Shown in pieces: positions 28,032-38,505 of a DNA stretch of 64,000 nucleotides. The notes below the pieces were generated by a model. That model was not told where the DNA came from. It ran no database searches and saw only the letters and a program-made list of their open reading frames with translations. The DNA is from Nitrospinaceae bacterium (GTDB lineage: Bacteria > Nitrospinota > Nitrospinia > Nitrospinales > Nitrospinaceae): positions 128,001-192,000 of the forward strand of contig OZ245011.1 of NCBI GenBank assembly GCA_965223665.1, written 5' to 3'. The position numbers were made by a program, and so were the translations under genes. The first letter of the stretch is position 1. The number at the start of each line of letters is the position of its first letter.

Positions 28032-29144
28032 ATGAATTTAAAAAACATAGATGTTGTCATTATCGGTGCAGGAGTGATTGGTCTTAGCATTGGATTAAGG
28101 CTAAAGCAAAATGCGCCTCAATTAAGAGTAGCTGTTATTGGAGACCCGATGAATTCAATTATGGCCTCTCGCGCGGCTGCAGGAATGCTGGCAGCATATG
28201 GTGAATGTGATACCGCAGACCCTTTTTTTGAATTTTGCCGTATTTCTTTAGACAAATATCCATCCTATATACAGGAGTTGGTTAAGATTAGCGGGAAACA
28301 TGTTTATTTATCCATGGCCGGTTCTATAATGCCGGTTAACTTTCTTGAAAATCGTGTGGATGAACGCATAAGATTTTTTCAAGATCATCAAATTCCGTAT
28401 GAATTGTGGAGTATTTCTCAGGTTCGTGAAAGATTACCCTATCTTTCAAAAAATTGTGGTGAGGTTATTTGGGTTGGTCAAGGTCAGGTAAATAACCGTC
28501 AAATGCATGATGCTCTTGCAGTGGCTTTAGAAAAAGTTGGAGTGGAATTGATTGCTGAAAATGCGACTGGTTTTCATCGCATTGGAAATTCCATTCGATC
28601 CGTTGTAACAGACACCGGGGAAATAGAGGGCAATCAATTCATTTTAGCGTCGGGTAGCTGGTCTCAACAATTAGCAAAAATTTTGGATGTTTCTTTGCCA
28701 CTAAAACCAATAAAAGGCCAGATGTGTCGAGTTTTTGTCGATGATCATAAATTGGAATATACCATACATGGAATTCTAACTTATATAGCTCCCTGGAGAG
28801 AAGGGCAGGGGTTTGTTTTAGGATCCACCATGGAGGATAGAGGATTTAATCCTTTAATTGAAAAAGATGTGATACAAGGTTTGATTGATCGTGCGTCTGC
28901 AATTGTCCCTTCCATAAAATCTGCGCCACTTGTGGAGTCATGGACCGGTTTACGACCCGCCGCGGAGGATTTAATGCCGATCATGGGTGCAAGTCAGCGA
29001 TATCAAAATTTATTTTATTCCACCGGACACTATCGAAATGGGATTTTACAAACTCCTCATCAAGCAGATTATGTGGCCTCTGCTGTATTAGGGACTTTAA
29101 AGCAACCCATTAGTGAATTCGATCCTGCTCGTTATGATTTGTAG
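28032..29144 (+). CDS. thiO: Glycine oxidase ThiO-like FAD oxidoreductase
   Basis: GAGVIG, ASRAAAGML, PIKGQ, GLRP and GHYRNGIL. Confidence 0.8.
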   Translation: MNLKNIDVVIIGAGVIGLSIGLRLKQNAPQLRVAVIGDPMNSIMASRAAAGMLAAYGECDTADPFFEFCRISLDKYPSYIQELVKISGKHVYLSMAGSIMPVNFLENRVDERIRFFQDHQIPYELWSISQVRERLPYLSKNCGEVIWVGQGQVNNRQMHDALAVALEKVGVELIAENATGFHRIGNSIRSVVTDTGEIEGNQFILASGSWSQQLAKILDVSLPLKPIKGQMCRVFVDDHKLEYTIHGILTYIAPWREGQGFVLGSTMEDRGFNPLIEKDVIQGLIDRASAIVPSIKSAPLVESWTGLRPAAEDLMPIMGASQRYQNLFYSTGHYRNGILQTPHQADYVASAVLGTLKQPISEFDPARYDL

Positions 29145-29153
29145 GGAGTTCCT

Positions 29154-30530
29154 TTGAAGCATTTTTCAAAAGAAAGTTCAAATATCGACCCGGAATTACT
29201 AAAGGACCAAGAATTTATTTGGCATCCTTGTACTCAAATGAAAGATCATGAGAGTGATCCTCCTTTGTTAGTTGATAATGCTCAAGGGGTATACTTATAT
29301 GATCGCGAGGGTAATAGTTACATTGACTGCATTTCCTCATGGTGGGTTAACCTGTTTGGCCATAATCATCCACAAATCAATCAAGCTATAAAAAACCAGT
29401 TAGAGAAAATGGCGCATGTTATGTTTGCGGGTGTTACACATCAGCCTGCTATTGATCTTGCCGGCAAATTGGTTCAATTATCTTCTCCAAATCTTCAAAA
29501 AGTTTTTTTTTCTGACAATGGATCCACCTCAGTTGAGATTGCTCTTAAACTTAGTTTGCAATATTGGCGTCAAACGGGAAGGCCTCAAAAAACCAAATTT
29601 GTTTATTTGAAAGATGCCTATCACGGTGAAACGCTAGGGGCTTTATCCATATGTGGAATGGATTTATTTCGCGATAAATTTGAAAAAGTGTTATTGGCTA
29701 ATGTTCAAGTAGATGGACCGGACTGTTTTAGATGCCCCTATGATTTAACACGAGAAACCTGTAAAGCAGAATGTTTTGATTCTATGGAAGCAGTTTTAGA
29801 AAAGGAAAATGAAACTATTGCAGGGATTGTAATTGAGCCGCTGGTGCAAGGAGCCGCAGGAATGAAAATGTATCCCCCTGTTTATCTAAAAAAGTTGGAA
29901 ACAATATGCCAACAATTAAATGTTCATACTATTTATGATGAAGTTGCTGTAGGATTTGGCAGAACAGGTTCACTCTTCGTTTCAGAAAAACATGGTTTAA
30001 ATCCAACATTTCTTTGTTTGTCTAAAGGGATTACTTCAGGATATCTTCCTCTTGCGGCCACTTTGACGGAAGATAAAATATATGATGCTTTTTATGATGA
30101 CTTTTCTACCTTCAAACTATTTATTCATAGTCATTCTTACTCAGCAAATCCTTTAGCTTGTTCGGCGGCAAATGTTTCATTAGATTTGTTAGATGAAGAA
30201 AGTTTTTGGGAAGGTTTGGAAAAAAAAGTTAGACAATTGGGAAGATACTCCGACCAGTTTTCGTCTTTAAAATGGTGTGGTGAATTTAGACAAACGGGAA
30301 TGATAGTTGCAGTAGAGTTGTTAAAAAATATAGAAAGTAAGACTCCTTTCCCAGTCCAGGATCGCATTGGTTACCAAATTTATTTGGAAGGCTTAAAACG
30401 TGGTATATTTTTAAGGCCATTAGGAAATGTTATTTATTTTCTTCCTCCTTTAATCATTAATGAGGAGGAAATTCAATTTATGATGGAAACGGCTTTTGAG
30501 TGCATAAAGTTTGTTTTAAATGGTAAATGA
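29154..30530 (+). CDS. bioA: Adenosylmethionine-8-amino-7-oxononanoate aminotransferase
   Basis: IWHPCTQM, SSWWVN, DNGSTSVE, YHGET, DEVAVGFGRTG, SKG and LRPLGN. Confidence 0.95.
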   Translation: MKHFSKESSNIDPELLKDQEFIWHPCTQMKDHESDPPLLVDNAQGVYLYDREGNSYIDCISSWWVNLFGHNHPQINQAIKNQLEKMAHVMFAGVTHQPAIDLAGKLVQLSSPNLQKVFFSDNGSTSVEIALKLSLQYWRQTGRPQKTKFVYLKDAYHGETLGALSICGMDLFRDKFEKVLLANVQVDGPDCFRCPYDLTRETCKAECFDSMEAVLEKENETIAGIVIEPLVQGAAGMKMYPPVYLKKLETICQQLNVHTIYDEVAVGFGRTGSLFVSEKHGLNPTFLCLSKGITSGYLPLAATLTEDKIYDAFYDDFSTFKLFIHSHSYSANPLACSAANVSLDLLDEESFWEGLEKKVRQLGRYSDQFSSLKWCGEFRQTGMIVAVELLKNIESKTPFPVQDRIGYQIYLEGLKRGIFLRPLGNVIYFLPPLIINEEEIQFMMETAFECIKFVLNGK

Positions 30531-30531
30531 A

Positions 30532-30900
30532 ATGTATGAAGTTATTGTACAGACTGAATTTTCAGCGGCACATCGATTGCGTCTTTACGACGGCAAATTT
30601 GAAAATTTACATGGCCACAATTGGACGGTAAGGGTGACGGCACTATCAAAGGACCTTGACAAAATTGGCGTTGGCGTAGATTTTGTTTTGTTAAAAGACC
30701 GTACGGAGAAAATCTTGTCTGCTTTAGATTATAAAAACATAAATGAAGTACCCCCCTTTGATGAAAAGAATCCCTCTGCAGAGAATATTGCTCGTTGGGT
30801 TTTTGATAAATTAAAGGAAGAATTTGATGACGATCGAGTAAAAATTCAGAGGGTTCAGGTCAACGAAATGCCCGGATGCGGGGCAGCCTATTTTGAATAA
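30532..30900 (+). CDS. 6-pyruvoyl-tetrahydropterin synthase / QueD family protein with PTPS-III motif
   Basis: FSAAHRL, FENLHGHNW, DF and NPSAENIA; the catalytic Cys of QueD is absent. Confidence 0.88.
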   Translation: MYEVIVQTEFSAAHRLRLYDGKFENLHGHNWTVRVTALSKDLDKIGVGVDFVLLKDRTEKILSALDYKNINEVPPFDEKNPSAENIARWVFDKLKEEFDDDRVKIQRVQVNEMPGCGAAYFE

Positions 30901-30907
30901 AATTTCC

Positions 30908-32560
30908 CTATTTCACACCCAGGGTCTTACCCTCGATTACATCAATGTTTTCGGCTTGTGGTTGTTTTGGTAAGCCGGGCATTCGTAATATGTCGCCGGT
31001 AATGGGAATTAAAAATCCCGCTCCGGCAGCAATCAATATCTCTTTTACCGTTACGGTAAAACCGGTGGGTCGGCCCAGGGCTTTGGGATCATCACTAAGG
31101 GATTGTTGAGTTTTAGCAATGCAAACTGGAAGGTTGTTATAGCCGAGATTATTTATAGATTTTAAGTCCCTCTTAGCCTTCTTGGTATAAGTAATTTTTT
31201 CTGCGCCATACATTTTGTTTGCTACTTTCCAAATTTTAGTTTTTACGTCTTCTTCCCAAGAGTAAAGAGGGCAAAAAGGTTCTGATTCTTTTTCAGCATA
31301 TTTCATTACGGTTTCTGCTAATTCAATAGCACCTTCCCCTCCTTTTTCAAAATGATTTGCAACAGCGAAAGGAACTTTTAGTGATTCCTCGCAATGTTTA
31401 CGAACAATATCAATTTCCTCGAGGGTGTCATTGCTGAATTTATTTAAGCAAACGACAGGGGGTTCGCAAAATTGTTTAATGTTTTCTACATGTTTGTCCA
31501 AATTTGCCAATCCTTTTTGAATGGCTTGAGGGTTGACTTGACTAAGTTCGTTCTTAGTAATCCCTCCGTGCATTTTTAACGCTCTGCAAGTCGCTACTAA
31601 AACTACGGCAGCTGTATCTAATTTGGCACTTTGGCATTTAATGTCAAAAAACTTTTCTGCTCCTAAATCAAACCCAAACCCTGCTTCTGTAATAGCCCAA
31701 TTTGCGAGACTCATAGCCATTCTGGTGGCTATTACGGAATTACATCCATGGGCAATATTTGCAAATGGTCCTCCATGGACAAAAGTGGGTACTCCTTCTG
31801 AGGTTTGGACTAAGTTTGGTAACAAGGCATCCTTTAATAATGCTGTCATGGCACCTGTTGCTTTTAAATTTGATGCTTTAACAGGTTCACCTTCATATGT
31901 GAATCCAACTAAAATCCGATCGATCCTTTTTTTTAAATCTTCAAAGCTTTCTGCAAGACAAAGGATAGCCATGATTTCAGACGCAGCTGTTATATCAAAA
32001 CCTCCTTCTCTGGGAATTCCTTGAAGGACGCCCCCAAGTCCAAGGATTATATTCCGAAGTGACCTGTCATTCATATCAATCACCCGTTTCCAAGTGATTC
32101 TCCGAGGGTCAACACGTTGTTCTTTTTCTTCTCTGTAAATTCGATTGTCCAGTAAAGCGGCAAGTAAATTATTTGCTGAAGTTACTGCATGAAAGTCACC
32201 TGTAAAATGTAAATTGATTTCATCTGCAGGAATTAATTGGCTTTTTCCTCCACCCGTCGCCCCTCCTTTCATACCCAAACATGGCCCCAAGGAGGGTTCC
32301 CTTAGGGCTAAACATACTGATTTATTTAGTTTTGCAAAAGCTTGTCCCAGCCCGATTGTCGTTGTAGTTTTTCCCTCCCCTGCGGGAGTGGGCGTGATTG
32401 CAGAGACAAGAATGAGTTTTCCTTTTTTAGCCGTCTTATCCAAAACATTTAATAAAACTTTGGCTTTTTGATTTCCATAAAGAAGGTAATCCTCTGGATT
32501 TAAGCCTAATTTTTCTGCAATTTTTTGAATGTCCTCACCTGCAATGTTTTTCATGCTCAT
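30908..32560 (-). CDS. fhs: Formate-tetrahydrofolate ligase
   Basis: TPTPAGEGKTT, KGGATGGG, HGGPFANIAHG, TEAGFG and MPGLP. Confidence 0.97.
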   Translation of the reverse strand: MSMKNIAGEDIQKIAEKLGLNPEDYLLYGNQKAKVLLNVLDKTAKKGKLILVSAITPTPAGEGKTTTTIGLGQAFAKLNKSVCLALREPSLGPCLGMKGGATGGGKSQLIPADEINLHFTGDFHAVTSANNLLAALLDNRIYREEKEQRVDPRRITWKRVIDMNDRSLRNIILGLGGVLQGIPREGGFDITAASEIMAILCLAESFEDLKKRIDRILVGFTYEGEPVKASNLKATGAMTALLKDALLPNLVQTSEGVPTFVHGGPFANIAHGCNSVIATRMAMSLANWAITEAGFGFDLGAEKFFDIKCQSAKLDTAAVVLVATCRALKMHGGITKNELSQVNPQAIQKGLANLDKHVENIKQFCEPPVVCLNKFSNDTLEEIDIVRKHCEESLKVPFAVANHFEKGGEGAIELAETVMKYAEKESEPFCPLYSWEEDVKTKIWKVANKMYGAEKITYTKKAKRDLKSINNLGYNNLPVCIAKTQQSLSDDPKALGRPTGFTVTVKEILIAAGAGFLIPITGDILRMPGLPKQPQAENIDVIEGKTLGVK

Positions 32561-33174
32561 GGGTTAAATTTTTCCTGAGTTAAAAATTGAATTAGTTTAG
32601 GGTCCTCAAACATTTTTTTCAATGTAAAGGAGAGACCATCATTTATAAATTGCTCATTCATAAATTTTCCAGAGAGAGCTTTTTGTGACTTGTTTTTAAT
32701 AGTTGTGTATTTATTCTTAAAAAAATATTTTTGATTTTTTGCCGTAACCTTTAATAAAACCGTGAGTTGAGCAAAAATTGTGGGAAGTTTTAAACTTAAG
32801 TTTTCACTTTTGTAATTCAATTGAAGTTTGGCTAAGTCAACGCGAATTTTTTTATTTGCTTTAGTGCTTTGTCTTGTTATTCTAAAACCCATTTTTTGAA
32901 ATCCTTCCTCTACTTTGTCGTAAACTGCGTCCTTAACACTGGAGCCAGGGTATATATTAATGGTTTGGAATGATCTTTTTTTCCCTTTTAGTCCTGATTG
33001 ACTTTTATAAATTGCCCCCTGTGGTCGGGTATCAATAACTTGAATGGCTAAAATTGAATTTTTTCCTAATTGGGAGGGTTTGACAAAGACATGAGGTCGA
33101 ATATCAACTTTGTGATCATGGGTGCAGGCTAAAATTAAAGCCATAATTGGAATATACTTTAACCAATTATTCAT
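32557..33174 (-). CDS. Lipoprotein, YajG-like
   Basis: Lipobox LILAC; V.DTRP and GFQKMGF patterns; ends DPKLIQFL. Confidence 0.7.
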   Translation of the reverse strand: MNNWLKYIPIMALILACTHDHKVDIRPHVFVKPSQLGKNSILAIQVIDTRPQGAIYKSQSGLKGKKRSFQTINIYPGSSVKDAVYDKVEEGFQKMGFRITRQSTKANKKIRVDLAKLQLNYKSENLSLKLPTIFAQLTVLLKVTAKNQKYFFKNKYTTIKNKSQKALSGKFMNEQFINDGLSFTLKKMFEDPKLIQFLTQEKFNP

Positions 33175-33179
33175 TTGCC

Positions 33180-33707
33180 CTATTCCAATTTATGAATACT
33201 TGTGTGAAAATCACTTTGAATTTTTCTTCTAAACAAATCCCTACGGCTGATTAGCCGATCTAAAAATAAAAGACCATTAAGATGATCCATTTCATGTAAA
33301 ACGGCTCGGGCTTCATATCGTTCCATTTTATATTTTTGTGGTTGTCCAAAAGGATCTTTGGCTGTTAGAGTAATGAATTTAGCGCGCTCCACATTTCCAA
33401 TATATTCTGGTACCGATAAGCATCCCTCTTTTCCTACAGATCTTCCACTTTGTGAAACGATTTGAGGATTGATTAAAATCATTTTACCATGGTGTTTGAT
33501 ATTTGGTTTACCAGAAACATCTACAATAATGATTTGCTGGAAGCGACCTACCTGAGGAGCGGCAATACCTACACTTCCTGGGCTTGCGAGCATTGTTTCT
33601 TCTAAACTTGAAATAAATTCTCGAATTTCTTCGTCAAAAATATTAACGGGCTTGGAAATCTGCTTCAGCCTTGGGTCAGGGTAAGTTAATATTTTTAGTA
33701 AGGCCAT
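33180..33707 (-). CDS. def: Peptide deformylase
   Basis: GIAAPQVG, EGCLSVP and HEMDHL. Confidence 0.96.
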   Translation of the reverse strand: MALLKILTYPDPRLKQISKPVNIFDEEIREFISSLEETMLASPGSVGIAAPQVGRFQQIIIVDVSGKPNIKHHGKMILINPQIVSQSGRSVGKEGCLSVPEYIGNVERAKFITLTAKDPFGQPQKYKMERYEARAVLHEMDHLNGLLFLDRLISRRDLFRRKIQSDFHTSIHKLE

Positions 33708-33712
33708 TTTTA

Positions 33713-34237
33713 TTAACCTAGCATAATATCAATGGGTTCAATTTTTGTTTCTAAATTTTTTTCTGAGGAAATTTGTTTTAATGTCTCTTCTACTAACCTA
33801 TAGCCTTTCGTAGCAATCCCATCTATTTGCATTATGTAAATTGGGCTATCAATGGAACCTCCTACATCAGTTTCTAAATTTAAAATGTTTAAACCGCTTT
33901 CTGCTAATACGTTGGTGACTTCGGCGACAATTCCAGTTCGATCAGCCCCAAATACTGTAATTCGCACGTCGGGCTCGAGATGTTTTAGTAACTCCCCTTC
34001 AATTTCATCTAAATGAAAATTCAATTTAAGTGATTTGGAAATAGGAGTTAAGAGATCTGTTAAACTTTGGCTAGAAAGATTGGTACAAACCATCAGCATT
34101 ATTGAAAAATTGCCTCCTAATCTTGCCATTGAGGCTTCGCCTAAATTGCAGTTGCCTTTATAAAGTGTTTTTGTGATTTTTGCTACGATTCCAGGTTGGT
34201 CTTTTCCTACTAACGTAAGCATGTACCAGGTTTTCAT
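33713..34237 (-). CDS. Tandem ACT-domain protein (GcvR-like)
   Basis: GKDQPGIVA and GADRTGIVA ACT repeats. Start moved to ATG 34237. Confidence 0.88.
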   Translation of the reverse strand: MKTWYMLTLVGKDQPGIVAKITKTLYKGNCNLGEASMARLGGNFSIMLMVCTNLSSQSLTDLLTPISKSLKLNFHLDEIEGELLKHLEPDVRITVFGADRTGIVAEVTNVLAESGLNILNLETDVGGSIDSPIYIMQIDGIATKGYRLVEETLKQISSEKNLETKIEPIDIMLG

Positions 34238-34359
34238 AATCTGTTCCAAAAGGTAAACTGTTTTCGTCAAAGAAGTATTTAATTGAATATGATTATTTTA
34301 AATTACAAGAAAAAATAAGTTTGTCAAGGGATGGGGTATTGGTATGTTTGGAAAAAGAT

Positions 34360-35100
<741 letters not shown>

Positions 35101-35248
35101 TTATATTTTAAACTGTTATAAAATTAAAGATACTAATGTTAAGGTTTTAAATTCCAATAGTTTGGTTTAAAGGCCTTTGTAATTTTGCTATAATTCTTTT
35201 GGTAATAAAGGAAAGTTGAAAAGTCGATTATATCCGGAGAATCTCGAA

Positions 35249-35539
35249 ATGAGTTCTAATAAGTTAGATGTTATCTGCCCATGCTGTGAAGCTCGTTTAC
35301 AGGTAGATAAGAAAACGGGCGAAGTATTGTGGAAAGAAGAAAAGAAAAAAGAACATGGTTCTTTGTCAGATATGGTGAAAAACTTAGATTCTCAAAGGAA
35401 AGAAGCGGAATCTTTATTTAAACAGCGAAGCGAAATTGAAAAAGACCGAACTCGAATTTTAGATGAGAAGTTTAAAGAAGCTCAAAAGAATGTAGATAAA
35501 ACTGATGATAAACCATTAAGAGATTTTGACTTAGATTGA
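35249..35539 (+). CDS. Hypothetical protein with N-terminal CPCC knuckle and coiled coil
   Basis: GGAG RBS; VICPCCEARLQVD..TGEV; ends RDFDLD. Confidence 0.75.
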   Translation: MSSNKLDVICPCCEARLQVDKKTGEVLWKEEKKKEHGSLSDMVKNLDSQRKEAESLFKQRSEIEKDRTRILDEKFKEAQKNVDKTDDKPLRDFDLD

Positions 35540-35540
35540 T

Positions 35541-36305
35541 TTATAATTCTATTTCCAAACCATCATAAGCCAATTCTACATTATCAGGTAATTCATTACT
35601 TACTGTTTTGTGGTCGTAGGTATGGTTAATATGAGTCAAAAATGTGCGTTTAGGTTTTAAGTTTGAGACCACCTCTAAAGCTTCAGATAAACAAAAGTGC
35701 GTTGGATGTGGTTTAAATCCAACCGAATTAATTATTAAGGTATCCAATCCTATTAGCGAGTTTTTGGATTCCTTAGGTATTCCACTTCCATCCGTTATAT
35801 AAGCCATATTTCCAAACCTATAACCTAAAATAGTCAGACTTCCATGGTTTATTGGGATAGGGGTTATAAGAGTATCCTTCAATTCAAAGGGTTTATTTTC
35901 AACGGTATGTAAAACTAATTGTGGAATCCCACCTCCTTCTGGTCGGTTCCCATTAAATATATATCCAAAGTTTTTCTTTATCATAGATAAGGTAACTTCA
36001 TTCCCATAGCAAGGGATAACGGCCTTATTGAAAAAATTAAAGCACCTTAATTCATCAATTCCATGAACATGATCTGCATGGTGATGAGTGTATAAAACAG
36101 CCTCTATATGAGTTATGTTATAACGTAAGCATTGTTGCCGTAAGTCAGTGGAAGTGTCTACCAGAAAGTTAGCCCCATTATTTTGTATTAATATTGATGC
36201 TCTTAATCGCTTATTAAATGGGTCTTCGGATTGGCATACCTCACAACTACAACATAAAGAGGGAACTCCAGTGGAGGTTCCTGAGCCTAAAAAAATAATT
36301 TTCAT
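35541..36305 (-). CDS. Metallo-beta-lactamase-fold hydrolase (PhnP-like)
   Basis: LGSGTSTGVP, CxCxxC, THHHADH, THI.H and AYDG. Confidence 0.9.
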   Translation of the reverse strand: MKIIFLGSGTSTGVPSLCCSCEVCQSEDPFNKRLRASILIQNNGANFLVDTSTDLRQQCLRYNITHIEAVLYTHHHADHVHGIDELRCFNFFNKAVIPCYGNEVTLSMIKKNFGYIFNGNRPEGGGIPQLVLHTVENKPFELKDTLITPIPINHGSLTILGYRFGNMAYITDGSGIPKESKNSLIGLDTLIINSVGFKPHPTHFCLSEALEVVSNLKPKRTFLTHINHTYDHKTVSNELPDNVELAYDGLEIEL

Positions 36306-36309
36306 AAAA

Positions 36310-37209
36310 TTAATGCTTCATATTGCAAAGGACTTCTGAGGAGCCGCAGGGATTGATTTCAAATTGTATCGTAGAATGGGTGATATTAAATTTTTCCTGT
36401 AAGAGTCTTTTGGCATCTTGTAATATTTTTTCAGCCTGATGAATTTTTTGAGCTTTGATCAATGCATGGGTGCTAAGAGCATAAATATTGGAACAAATAC
36501 ACCAAATGTGTAGCTCATGAATATCTTGAATTTCAGGTAATGAAGACAGTTCATTTTTAACTTCGGAAAGAGAAATTCCTTTTGGAACCCCCTCTAGTAA
36601 AATATGTACTGAATCGGCAATTATTTTCTTTGCAATATGGATTAAAAATAGGGAGATGGAAATTGCAATGATGGAATCGAGGAGGTACCAATTGGTAAAC
36701 CACATAATCAAGCCTCCTGAAATGACTGCCACGGAAGATAAGGTGTCCCCTAAAACGTGAAAGAAAGCCCCCTTTACATTTAGGTCTTGTCCATGGTTGG
36801 CATGAGCGGCATCCTTTAGAAAATAGATTACTGCCAGGTTAGCTGCTAATCCAATGAGAGCAACCCAAATTAATGTGACACTTTGTACTTCCTGGGGGTT
36901 TTGAAACCGCTCATAGGCTTGCCAAGCTATTCCAAGTGCCATGGCTAAAAGAAGGAGACCGTTAATAAAAGCGGCAAAAATCTCCATCCGATGATATCCA
37001 TAAGTTTTGGTGCTGGTAGAGGGTTGGGCGGCAATTTTTAAAGCAAACCAACTCAATCCTAAGGAAAAGGAATCTGTAAGCATATGAGCAGCATCGCTAA
37101 TAAGAGCCAAGCTATTGGAAATAACTCCCCCTACGACCTGTACGCCCATTATCAAAAGGGTAAGTATTAGGGCAAATTTCAATCTATTTTGGACAGAATG
37201 GGTATCCAA
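36310..37209 (-). CDS. Cation diffusion facilitator (CzcD/ZitB-like)
   Basis: SLALISDAAHMLTD, TYGYHRME, HVLGD, HELHIW and HSTIQFE. Confidence 0.93.
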   Translation of the reverse strand: MDTHSVQNRLKFALILTLLIMGVQVVGGVISNSLALISDAAHMLTDSFSLGLSWFALKIAAQPSTSTKTYGYHRMEIFAAFINGLLLLAMALGIAWQAYERFQNPQEVQSVTLIWVALIGLAANLAVIYFLKDAAHANHGQDLNVKGAFFHVLGDTLSSVAVISGGLIMWFTNWYLLDSIIAISISLFLIHIAKKIIADSVHILLEGVPKGISLSEVKNELSSLPEIQDIHELHIWCICSNIYALSTHALIKAQKIHQAEKILQDAKRLLQEKFNITHSTIQFEINPCGSSEVLCNMKH

Positions 37210-37378
37210 CTTTTTCCTGAATGCAAACGTTATTAGAAAAAAAAATTGCCATATAATCTGATTAGTTCTTTTTTCATTTTATGGTGGAGTTGGATACCTG
37301 TCAAGAATGACCTCACGATGTTTCTCGTTGATTGCCAAATCCAGGCAGTTAAACTATTAGAACAATGTTGGCAAAGTA

Positions 37379-37729
37379 TTGATTAGGAAAATTGGAATGT
37401 TAAGTTATTGGTGGATAGGTTTTCTATTATCTATAATTTGGGGAATAATTGTAGGATTCTGGATATATGCAAGGTTTTTATCAAAACTCCGTGATCAGCA
37501 CCCTAGTCAATATTTAATGCTAGGATCTCCCACCCTGTTAAATCGTTCTATTCGGAAGGGTATTGCACTACAGAAGTTTATTTACAGTTCTCAAATTAAT
37601 TCATTGAATGACCATGAGTTATTAAAAGACTGTTGGTTTATACGCTGGTTCAATATTATTCTAATTGGGACAGTTTTCATTTGCTTTATTTTTGGTCTTG
37701 TCAATACGTTTAATGTTGTAAAGGGGTAA
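37379..37729 (+). CDS. Hypothetical two-TM membrane protein
   Basis: Two hydrophobic helices around LRDQHPSQY..LGSP. Start uncertain. Confidence 0.6.
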   Translation: MIRKIGMLSYWWIGFLLSIIWGIIVGFWIYARFLSKLRDQHPSQYLMLGSPTLLNRSIRKGIALQKFIYSSQINSLNDHELLKDCWFIRWFNIILIGTVFICFIFGLVNTFNVVKG

Positions 37730-37847
37730 ATTTCTTCAAATAAAAAGATTCTATAAATGGGATATAAAGGGAATTGAATCAAGGTGGATTTTTTGCTAGA
37801 TTATATCCCCTCATCTGATTTTTTATCTCATATATAGGAGTGAAAAT

Positions 37848-38435
37848 ATGTCAACTTTAGTTGCCCAACCGGCGCCTGATTTTTCTGCCCAAGCCGTGAT
37901 GGCAGACGGGTCTTTTAAGGAGATCAAGCTTTCGGATTACCGTGGCAAATACGTTATTCTTTTCTTTTATCCTTTGGATTTTACTTTCGTATGTCCTACC
38001 GAAATTATTGCATTCAGCGAAAAAATTGCTGATTTTAAAAGCCGAAATGCAGAGGTTTTGGGTGTTTCTATAGATAGTCAATTTTCTCATTTGGCTTGGA
38101 GAAATACAGACCGTAAAAAAGGTGGATTAGGGAATATTGATTATCCATTAATTGCCGATATTGATAAAAATATTAGTCGAGATTATGGTGTTCTCGCTGA
38201 TGGTGGAATTGCTTTTAGGGGATTATTTTTAATTGATAAAGAAGGAACCGTTCAGCATGCCTTGGTAAATAATTTGCCCCTTGGCCGTAATGTGAATGAG
38301 GCCCTTCGAATGATAGATGCTTTACAGCACCATGAAAATCATGGGGAAGTTTGTCCTGCGAATTGGGAAAAAGGTGAAGACGCCATGAAACCAGGCCCCA
38401 GTGAATCTCAAGAATACTTCGAAAAGCATAATTAA
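37848..38435 (+). CDS. ahpC: 2-Cys peroxiredoxin (AhpC/TsaA)
   Basis: [14 protein letters not shown] and GEVCPANW. Confidence 0.95.
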   Translation: MSTLVAQPAPDFSAQAVMADGSFKEIKLSDYRGKYVILFFYPLDFTFVCPTEIIAFSEKIADFKSRNAEVLGVSIDSQFSHLAWRNTDRKKGGLGNIDYPLIADIDKNISRDYGVLADGGIAFRGLFLIDKEGTVQHALVNNLPLGRNVNEALRMIDALQHHENHGEVCPANWEKGEDAMKPGPSESQEYFEKHN

Positions 38436-38473
38436 TTTTGGCCTAACTTTTAACCAGTAAATTTAAAAAAGAG

Positions 38474-38505
38474 AAAAGGCGGAGCCTCTTGGCCCCGCCT
38501 TTTTT
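38474..38505 (+). terminator. Intrinsic terminator after the peroxiredoxin gene
   Basis: AAAAGGCGGAGCC-TCTT-GGCCCCGCCTTTTTT. Confidence 0.75.

Noticed and set aside
35541-36305. PhnP-like hydrolase as evidence of phosphonate catabolism linked to pepM
   Set aside because: This MBL subfamily is widespread without C-P lyase genes; none are present and the gene is about 14 kb from pepM.
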